Assembly: GCA_951406725.2 (NCBI GenBank)
Contig: OX597832.1
Span: 63,612,001-63,676,000, forward strand
Source of the DNA: Octopus vulgaris
Lineage: Eukaryota
DNA: 64,000 bases
Direction of reading: 5' to 3'
The notes beneath the pieces are model-generated. The model did not search any database. It was not told the origin of the DNA and saw only the letters and a program-made list of their open reading frames with translations. Below, piece after piece: positions 12,601 through 24,200 of the stretch. Each line of letters begins with the position of its first letter. Within the stretch, counting starts at the first letter, position 1. The position numbers and the translations under genes are program-made.

Positions 12601-15600
12601 GGCTTGGGTTAAACAAAAAGACAAACTACACTGGTTGTTTAACCAAAAAAGATCAGTATTCTTTCAACCAAGATGTACTCAAATGTACAACAGCCTAATC
12701 ATAGCTTAGTTGGCTGAAACTTCGAAGTCACTGTCAGTACAAATACTATTCTTGTTTACATTTGTAAATAATGTACATAATTCCTCATCTCTCAAATAAG
12801 GAACTGTACTATTCTTGATAATGGATATTAAATAATTAAATAAGTAGATACACACACACCAGGCTTCTTTTAGTTTCCATCCACCAAATCTACTTGGCTT
12901 TGATTGGTCTGGAGCTGTATAAGACATTTGCCCAAGGTGCCATGCTGAAGGATTGAACCTGAAACCAAGTGGTTGGGAAGCAAACTTCTGAAGCTCACAG
13001 CTATGCTTGCAACCATTCTTAAGGTTAAAATTAATTTTATTATTATTATAAGGTGTTTAGCAGCATTTCATTTGTCCTTATGCTCTGAGTTCAAATTCCA
13101 CCATGGACAACTTTGCCTTCCATCTTTTCAGGGTTGATGTAATCAATTTATTCCCTTCCCACAGAATTCCAGGCTTTGTGCCTATAGAAGAAAGGATTAT
13201 TATATGGTGGTGGTCAGTTGGCTGAATTGTTAGCACATCAGACAAAATGCTTAGCATCATTTCGTCGACCTTTATGTTCTGAGTTCAAACTGTGCTGAGT
13301 CAACTGTGTCTGTCAAGTGCCAGTTGAGCATAAAAAAATAAAACTAGATATTTGTTTCCTCAAGCCATGCCAAGTTTGTGAGGACCGGTTTCCTGGTTTC
13401 ATCATCATCATCATCGTTGTTTAACGTTCACTTTCCATGCTGGCATGGGCTGGATTGTTAAATTGTGAACTGTTAAATCTGATCTGGCAAGGTTTCTACT
13501 GCTGGATGCCCTTCCTAACGCCAACCACCTCAAGAGTGTAGTGGGTGCTTTTTACATGCCACTGGCACAGAAGTGGGGGTGGTAGTCAGGCGGCACTAGT
13601 ATCAATCATGCTCGAATGGTGCTTTTTATGAACTACTGGCACAGGGGCCAGTCAGGCAGCAGTGGCACTGACCATGCTTGAAAGGTGATTTTTATGAGCC
13701 ACTGGTATGGGTACCAGTCAGACAACACTGGCATGTCAGGCAAAATGCTTAGTGACATTTCACCCATAACTATGTCTGAGTTCAAATCCCGCTGAGGTTG
13801 ACTTTGCCTTTCATCCTTTTGGGGTCAATAAATTAAGTACCAGTGAAACACTAGGGTCGATAATACAGTTCTATATTTAAGAGATGAGGAATTATGTACA
13901 TTATTTACATTTGATGGATATTTGCCCTCATCTTGTTTGTTGTTATACCTGATATACCCTCAAGCCTTCATCAGGTGTCGAACCTGTGTTCTCATTCCTA
14001 AGGTATTTTTCATTGTTGTTGTTGTTGTCATCAAAGACACAAGACAAAAACCATACCTGTTAATTGACATGACAGTATCTACTGATACATACATCACAGC
14101 AAAGGAATTTGAAAGACTATCAAAATAGAAGGACCTTGAGATTGAGATATCTAGGACGTGGCAATTAAAAACCAAAACCATCCCTGTTGCTGAAGGTACT
14201 CTAGGAATGATCAAGAAAGGTACTGACAAATTTTTTGACCAAATCCCTGGGAGACAAACAATCTATTAGACTCCAAAAATTGTGTTGATATCAACTGCCT
14301 ACATTCTCAGGAAATTTCTCTCCATCACCTGGGTCCCTGGTTGAGACCTAGTCTGAAGATGAAATTTCAAATTTTGGTACAAGGCCAGCAATTTCAGGAA
14401 GGGGGTAAGTTGATGGCATTGACCCCAGTACACAACTGGTACTTATTTTATCAATCTTGGAATTTGAACTCAGAAAGTGAAGACATATGAAATGCTGCTA
14501 AGCATTTCGCCTGGCATGCTAACAATTCTGCTAGCTTAAGAATAATAATAATAACAAGAACACAAACCTCTGCCAAGACAACATCAATGTCCTCTCAACA
14601 ATTAGGCAGAGATGATTTTTAAAATGAGAATATCTGAAATAAACTCAACTACTCTCACAAGTGAGGATACTAAAACTGAACCCAACCTCTCTCAAAAATT
14701 AAGTTAAAAAAACAGGAAAAATAATCCAAAATCTAATCAGTCATGAGGCCAAACATCTGTGAAAGTTCCATCTGAATCCATCCAGCGGTTCTCAAGATAT
14801 CTTGTTCACGAATAAACAAGACTGAAAAAAATACCTCAACCTTCGCTAAGGCAGAGGTAATAATAATAATAATAATACAGATACATGATCCTTTATCTGG
14901 AGACCCTGGAGACAGTTGTGTTCTGAATTTTAGACTTTTTTAGATTTCAGAAGAAAAGCCAGCTGTCCTACACTGTAAACTAGACATCAAAACAGACATC
15001 CAGCTATGGTAGCAAAAACACATATTATATGTACACACAGTGGGAAAAATATAGAGTAATATACTGATAAATGAAACGGTGAGATAATTAAGATCAGAAG
15101 TAAAATACACAGAGTGGGATAATTTAAAATAAAAATACATGATCCACAAGTCTAGGTATACACATTACCATAATATTTCTGTACAGAGACACATTAGTAT
15201 TCACAATAATTTGAATAAAGAAAGACTACAAACTGTATTACAAACTCGGCTAAATATGTAACTGCAGTTAAGTTGTAAAACAGGGCTTGTCAGTGTCACC
15301 AACATTGTCATCAGGTTGCAGGCAAACTTCTAATGATGGGTCAGAAACAAGATTCTCAACTGACGAAGTTGCACTACAAGAGAGGTCATTTTTAAAGGCT
15401 TCATCAAGTGTCATCTGTCTCATTAGCATAGGTTTCTGTCTGAGCAATGTCTCTTTAATTGAGTAAACTCCCATAAATAATTGCTCACTGATAAATGCAC
15501 GTTGTTCAAGACCAGCTTTACTCTTTTACTTGTTTCAGTCATTTGACTGTGGCCATGCTGGAGCACCGCCTTTAGTCGAGCAAATCGACCCCAGGACTTA

Positions 15601-18600
15601 TTCTTTGTAAGCCTAGTACTTATTCTATCGGTCTCTTTTGCTGAACTGCTAAGTTACAGGGATGTAAACACACCAGCATCGGTTGTCAAGCGATGTTGGG
15701 GTGACAAACACAGACACACACATATATATACATATATAGAATTGGCTTCTTTCAGTTTCCGTCTACCAAATCCACTCACAGTGGGACTGTACCCAGAGCC
15801 ATGTGGTTCGTAAGCAAGCTACTTACCACACAGCCACTCCTACGCCTATGATCACAAGTTTTCATTATATTGTCTGTGGGAATTTTTTCACCCGTGTCCT
15901 CAGTGTCATCATCACTACTGTTTTCATTCTTATCCGTATTTAACACCATTTCAGCAACTTCCCCATCACTCAAGGAATGCACAAGTTCATTACTGCCAAT
16001 GTTTACCGTTTCTTCAATGTCTGCTTCTTCTAGATCACTTCCACAGGATCAATTTTTCATGTACCAGAAGCACGAGCTGATTGCAGGCAAGCTGGACTGG
16101 AAGAAAACTGTAAAATTCTATTGTTCCTAGACAACTGCTCTGCACATCTTCCTGCTGAAGTTCTTGTGAAAAGTAATACTTTCAGCGTTTAGTTGCCTCC
16201 CAATGTTTTGATATCATCTGCTTCTCATTAGAGACACAAAATCCTCAAAACTAGTTATCTATAGGGTTGTTTTCATTAAACATCGTTACTGACCATATTC
16301 TGTGCCAGGCATTTGTTACTGTTGATTTATCAATATCTTTCCAAGCATTTGGAACTGCATAGACGGCATCCTTAACAGTAAACTCTTTCAGGTAGTCTTG
16401 CATTCTCACTCCATTGTTTGACTGCATCAAACACACAGTTCATAAAATTATTTTTATAGTTGTTCTTCATGGAGCGTTAAATTCCTTGGTCACAAAGCTG
16501 TAAACCAGATGTCACATTGGGAGGCAACTAAACGCTGAAAGTATTACTTTTCACAAGAACTTCAGCAGGAAGATGTGCAGAGCAGTTGTCTAGGAACAAT
16601 AGAATTTTACAGTTTTCTTCCAGTCCAGCTTGCCTGCAATCAGCTCGTGCTTCTGGTACACCCATTTTGTCCAGTGTGCTAACAATCTACCAGCTCGCAA
16701 TAATCATCATCGTTTTAACATCTGTTTTCCATGCTGGCATGGGTTGGACGGTTTGACTGAGGACTGGCAAGCTCCAATCCAATCTGATCTGGCAAGGTTT
16801 CTACAGCTGGATGCCCTTCCTAATGCCAACCACTCCAAGAAATAATAATAATCCTTTCTACTATTGGCACAAGGGTTGATTACTTTGACCCCAATGCTCA
16901 ACTGGTGCTTATTTCATTGGCCCCCAAAAGGATGAAGGGCAAAGTCGAACTTGGTAGCATTTGAACTCAAAACATAAAACTGGAAGAAACAATTCCGCCA
17001 GCTTGCTGCCTTACAAATAATAATAAGATAAATGAAATAACTAATGAATTTCCTTACAATCAACTTTGAGACAATCAAAGCCAGTTTCATATTCTTCTTT
17101 TGTAGCAGCTTCTATTTCTACTCCAAGGAATGGTCCATCATGCCACCAGGGATATTTGTATCCAGGTAGGCATGCACACATGTAACCACCACGTCGGAAA
17201 CCAAAACCACTCAAAGGTTCACACTGAAAGAAAATACAAATCAGTTTATTATACATGCATATATGTAAACACACACACACAGACAGTGGCTGAGCATCCT
17301 GTCCTTGGTGGGCAACTTTTAAAACACAATGCCTTGGCAGAGTTTCGGGATAGCACACTCACATAAGCTGGATTTTCTCTATTTTCACAGACATTTTTCA
17401 AAATTTTTTCCACTACATCCTTTACAAACGATGAAATGAAGCTTTTTATGAAAAAATTCTTTGAAAATGCATGAATCTTTCTTCCCCACTTCCAGACTGA
17501 TCTTGTTCAATTTTTTTTGCCCTATGCACTTACAATGGGAAATAAATGCAATTTTGGTAAAAATAAAAAAAAAAAAAAAAAAAAGTAATTCTTTGGAAAA
17601 TTAAAAATTTTTTTCAAATCCCACTCCCCCACTGAGTTCCAAATTTGGCCAATTTTTTTGTTGCCTTGAAGGTTTGAAAGAAGAAAAAAAATTGGAAATG
17701 GCAATCTCCACTTCCTTTATTTTCAAACAGAAAATACAACATAATACTGGAATCTTCAATTTTTTCATTAACCTTTCTTTCCCATCCATAAATTCTGAAA
17801 TTTTCATTAACCCTCCATAAATCCTAAAATTTCGATTTTTTACTAAAATTTTTCTTTAATCATAGTTTTAAAATACAAACAGTCTGAATCTGCAATTTGC
17901 TTCTGTTTATGAGTTCAAAATAATTTTCAGACAAAAATGTGTATGATTTAAGGGAGGCTAAGCTGTTGTTTCTAACACATCCCACAACCACCTGCTACCT
18001 TATGCATTTCTTTGTCACTGTGACAATATCCATTAACAAGAATAGTACAGTTCTATATTTGAGAGAAGAGGAATTATGTACATTTTTTCAATATCCTCCC
18101 CCCCGCCAACATTTTCTGGGATGATGCTGTGGTGGTCTATAGCTAGTATATAAGGCAACAAAAACAACAAAATTTTTAATCCACCATCCTACATCAGGCA
18201 AACCCATGTGTGTGTGTTTAAGAAAAATCATAATTACTAACATAAAAGTATGCTATTAAAATAAATTATCATTTACATACCTTTTGCAAATCACACTGTC
18301 ACCCTAATGAAATTCCATACATACATGCATACACACACACTCAGCATAAGTGATATACTTTTATAGAGAATGAGAGAGAGTGTGATAAAAATGTGTAGAG
18401 ATGGGGAAAGTTTACCATGAGAAAAGCAAAATCGATTTTCAAATTTGGTATATTGATGTACTTTTTCATGCTGAATATGAGTTTGTGATTTGTTTATTCC
18501 AGCAATATTCAAAACGATATATATATAATCGAAATCGATCAATGGAAATCGATCAATGGAAATTGCAGATGTGTTACCAGTGCCGGTGGCATGTAAGAGA

Positions 18601-20951
18601 ACCTTCCGTTTCGCGACCGTTGCCAGCACCGCACCGTTTCGTGTCCGTTGCCAGCCTTGCCTGGCCCTCGTGTCGGTGGCACATAAAAAGCACCATCCGT
18701 TCGTGGCCATTTGCCAGCTCTGTCTGGCACCAGTGCGGGTGGCACGTAAAAAGCACCCACTACACTCACGGAGTGGTTGGCGTTAGGAAGGGCATCCAGC
18801 CGTAGAAACACTGCCAGATTTGACTGGGCCTGATGAAGCCTTCTGGCTTCACAGACCCCAGTAGAACCGTCCAACCCATGCTAGCATGGAAAGCGGATGC
18901 TAAACGATGATGATGATGATGATATATATATATATATATAGCAATAAGAAAATGGAAGGGATCAATAGGTGGTTCATCAATTTTTAGACATTATATTGTG
19001 TCAATTTATTTATACATGTATGCATATTCTTGTAATTGTCATTTTAGTAAATAAATAAATAAATTGACATAATATAATGTCTAAAAGTTGATGAACCACC
19101 TATTGATCCCCTCTATTTCCTTATTGCTCTATAAATTAATGGTAAAATAACTCTTTACCCTCACCCATTTAGTACACTCAGTAATGTAATTGCAATGCAA
19201 TAAAAAACACTTGTGTATTAATAATTGGGTATTCTAGCAGCAGTATAATGAATAGATATTATCCCTTAGTGGGTTGGATTCACAACCTCTAATTTTCTTG
19301 GATATATATATATATATATATGAGGTTTTGGTATCCAGAGGACCCAAGAGGCAGGTAAGGCTAAATAAGCACTATGGAAGGACTGCTGTTAAACTCCTGG
19401 TTCAATAATAGTATGACTGTGGAGTCTAAGGTGGGTCGTTTCTGAGCATGTATATGTTAAATAAAATGAGATAACAAGGCCAGAGCAAAGTGATATTTCT
19501 AGGACATTTATAAAGAAGGTGGTCTTACAGTTGTTTCAGGGAAATAAATGATATCCCATCATCAGAGACATGTTAAGAGAAAACTCTCTTAACAACTTGT
19601 CTCTGATGATGGGATAACATTTATTTCCCTGGAATAGCTGTAAGCCCACCTTTCTATTCATAAATTGCCTTGGCCGTGTTATCTTATTTTAGTTAACACA
19701 CACATATATATCATCATCATCTTCATCATCAAATGTCTGTTTTCCATGCGGGCATGGTCTGGACAGTTTGACCAGAGCCAGTAAGGTCAGAGGCCACCCA
19801 CCAGACTCCATCAAAGAATAAGTCCTGGGGTCAGTTTGACTAAAAAAAAACCTTTAAGGCAGTGTTCCAGCATGGCCACAGCCAAATGACTGAAAAAATT
19901 AAAAGAATATGTATATATTATAGTAAGTTATGGTGTGTAACAATTTCTATTTTCACAAAACTTGTAATCTTTTACAAGACCTTTTAACGTTTACATTTCT
20001 TTTACAATTCTGTGGCAAACAGACAATGATGTCAATGTGTCTTCATAAAAAAAAAATATTTGCTTTGTTCTGCAGTGATGACATTTAAGTTGACACTAAT
20101 TAAATCGAGATATACAACACAATTGAGACTGGCGATAATAAAATTGACAGAAATGGTGGTGAATTCGAGTTTGACATCAATGAAATCAAAATTGATGAAA
20201 TTGAGGAGAAAACTCAGTAAATCTCAACACATCATACACCTGCCACCAGTATTCTTCTCTCAAACCCTCACATTTCCTTGCATTTACTCAAAGACTTTAA
20301 AGGAATCGTTCTCACTAAAGTGGTGGGTTTGCATCGAGCTGTGTTAGCAAAATAGTTTGGTGAGGGATTTCCGTCAGCTATTGGACATGGGTTAAAATCA
20401 ATACGTTCAAATTCCAAATCAACAGTCGTAACAGCCACAAATCTAAAAGAAAAAAATATATAACAAGAGAGTAAAATAAGATAAACAAATAAAACAAAAG
20501 CAAATCTTGCAGTTTATGAAATTATGTATTTTTTTTATTAAGCACTGGAAGACTACACTCTCTGTCTTGAGCAAGAGACTTCATTTTATGTGGTTCTTGT
20601 CCACTCAACTAGCAAAAATGAGTTGTACCTGGAATCCAAAGGGCCGTGGAGTACTCGGCCACTTACATGTTAATTTCAGGAGCTGGCTGTTCTGTTGATC
20701 GGATTGACTGGAACACTCGTAACTAACAGAGTGACAGTTTTACAAAACACACACATATATATATATATTTTTCTTTTACTTGTTTGTCATTTGACTGCAG
20801 CCATGCTGGAGCACCACATTTAGTCAAGCATACTGACCCCAGGACTTATTTATTGTATTGGTCTCTTTTGCTGAGCCGCAAAGTTACGGAGACGTAAATA
20901 CACCAGCATTGATGTTGTGGGGGACAAGCACAGACAAACATATACACACAT

Positions 20952-20985
<34 letters not shown>

Positions 20986-21188
20986 GATCGGCTTCTTCCA
21001 GCTTCCATTTACCAAATCTACTCACAAGGTTTTGGTAGGCTCAAGGTTATATTAGAAGACTCCTGTGCCCCTATATATATATCACCGTGTCCGACAGGCT
21101 ATCAGATGTTGCTACACATCGCTGGTCACAATGCGCTTCGCATTGTTTTAGTCTTCAAATGATGCCACCCCGCTGGCTAAGCAAGCAG

Positions 21189-21248
<60 letters not shown>

Positions 21249-24200
21249 TATATATAAATAACTGCCACAATTTGATGCTAGAACAAACCTGCCAGTCTTG
21301 ACTCCATTTACAAAGATACTTCAAGAACAATTTGGAGTTGTTTGTTATATTTGACTCGAGTTTAAAATTCTGATGCTGTGCATTGCTTCTAAGCTGCACC
21401 AGGCTCCCATCGGATCTGGCAAGGTTTCTACAGATGGATGCCCTTCCTAACACCAACCACTTCGAGAGTGTAGTGGGTGCTTTATACATGCCACCGCCAC
21501 AGGGGTCAGTCAGGTGGTCCTGGCGTTGATCATATTCAGATAGTGCTTTTTACATGCCACTGGCACAGGAGCAAGTCAGCAGGTGCTGGCATTGGGCATA
21601 GTCAGATGGTGCTTTTTACGTGCCACCAGCATGGGATTCAGTCAGGCAGACCTGGCATCAACCACAACAAAACACAATTGTTTCTTAAGAGACTTTCTTG
21701 TGACATAAACATGGTACAGGCAGGCATGCAGTATATATATATATATATATATATATAAGGTTAATCCAAACGGGAAAACAGAAAAAGCAACAACACAAGG
21801 AGGTAGAACAATTAAAGTATTATTATTAGGCGCTCAGGAAAATGGGAAGAAGGAATATATATATATAATAGAAATATGTTACAAAAAGAAAATAGAAACT
21901 ACACATGGAAATGTAAGGGGAAAGTAAGAAGAAAAATAAGCGAAAATGCACATTGGAAATCGAAAAAGTAAAGGCTTTTTATGAAAAGTAACAATAGATA
22001 TATACAATTAGATGAACTGAGGTAGGAATAAAAGTAATAAAAGTCATTATTGTGAATTGTTAAAGAGATTTAAAAACATACTGGTTTCGTAAATTTACTA
22101 ATCATTGCTTTGAATGCACACCAATTAATGAACAGTGTCAGGTCTACTAGTCCCTGAGTAAAAAGATTATGAGTAAGGAAGGTAAGTAGTTCTGGTTTTG
22201 GTGTAATTAGGGTAGATATAGATCTATAATGTGAATGGTGTATGGGATGTATGTGGGTTTGTATTAATTGAAAAGTTAGTAGTATTCTGTATTATGTTAT
22301 GTGTTCATATTGAGTTGGGGAAGATATTTATAGATGAAAGTTGCCTCTTTATTCCTTTTTTGTTGTACTGAGGTGTTCTGTGAACATTGATAGAAGGGGA
22401 AAATTAGGAAATTAGGATTAAGATTCCTAGCACACCTTTCTATGTGTTCACTAACCTGTATCTATCTGTATTGTGGGTGGCGAATTTGTTCTTTGTGGAG
22501 AGTGGCTTTTCGACGGAGTGATATTCCTGCTTGGCCAATATAATTATTACCACACCCTAAGCATGTCATGGCACAGATTAGATTTTCTGAAGCACAGGTG
22601 AAATTTAATTTGATCTTAAATATTTCACCTTCACTTTAAACAAGGTTTGACCACTTCCTGTACCTATATCTTAGAACCATCATGGCCATCCGATGTGGCT
22701 TTTTAAACCAGACAATGTTCTGAAAAGATACCCACACAGATTGCATATCTGATTTAGACCACCAAGAGCTGCAGATAAGTTCTGAACTTTGTGGATCTTA
22801 AAATGTCTTTTGAAGCCTCCTTTGGATTTGCAAACCTAGCATACGCTGCATTCAAAGGTGTGCTCAGACATATAGGCAGAATAATTGGTGGAAATTCGTT
22901 TTCCATGGGTTCACTGATGAGATTTGAGTCCAGCAAAAGACAGGTATGGTCTGTCACAGACTGTGCACACAAAAAGGTCATTGTTATTCACCTTCCTGAT
23001 AGTTACATTCTTCTTTAGATCTCTGAGTCCTACATGCACTATCCTGGGCTCTTCAAATGCTTTCACTCCACTCTACACTTTTATTCGCCATTCAACTCGA
23101 TCCGAAGCAAGGGTTTCTATGTCTTCTGGATCCATTCCAAGTGACTTCATAGTAGTCCTTAAACATCTTTTTTAGGTTTACGCCAATAGTGTTTCCCCTC
23201 TGCAAGATCTGTTTTGGCATGCACTCATCTGCCATTCAAACAATCTGGCCACACCATCTCATTTGCTTCCTCAAAATCATAGCTTTAATTGAGGTGATGA
23301 CTGCAGATGCAAGGACATCTGTGTTTGGGATAAAAGGACTCCATTTAATTTTTTAAAAAAGTTTACATACATATAGGCGCAGGAGTGGCTGTGTGGTAAG
23401 TAGCTTGCTAACCAACCACATGGTTCCGGGTTCAGTCCCACTGCATGGCATCTTGGGCAAGTGTCTTCTGCTATAGCCCCGGGCCGACCAATGCCTTGTG
23501 AGTGGATTTGGTAGACGGAAACTGAAAGAAGCCTGTCGTATATATGTATATATATATGTGTGTGTGTGTGTGTTTGTCCCCCTAGCATTGCTTGACAACC
23601 AATGCTGGTGTGTTTATGTCCCCGTCACCAAGCGGTTCGGCAAAAGGAGACCGATAGAATAAGTACTGGGCTTACAAAGAATAAGTCCCGGGGTCGATTT
23701 GCTCGACTAAAGGCGGTGCTCCAGCATGGCCGCAGTCAAATGACTGAAACAAGTAAAAGAGAAGAGAGAGATACATATACACGTGTTGCCTGAAATCTGA
23801 TGAAAAGATTGGCGGAGAGTAACAGACATGACATATCTGAGGAAACTCAGAAATTCGACAGTGTTTGATTACATTCCACATGAGGAAACATCAATATACA
23901 ACTGTTGCTGAAGGATATTTATATAGTAATCCTAAAGAATAATCTGAAATAATGATATATAGATGTAAACAGGGCAACTTAAAGCTAGGCGTCTGACGCA
24001 GAAACAAATGTTGCATTTTGATACTACTTCCATGTTCGTGTTATATGTCATCATTATCATCATCGGTTAACATATAATATTCTACTTTGATAAAGGGTTC
24101 AACCAAAATGCCATTCTCTTTTCCTTTACTTTTTTGGCGAAAGGTGCACAACTTTGATTCTTATTTTTTGTGTGTGCTTCTATATTCTGTCCATCACTTC

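Noticed and set aside
23790-24015. CTGATGA/CTGAGGA...GAAA motifs as additional hammerheads
   Set aside because: No consistent stems I-III could be formed.
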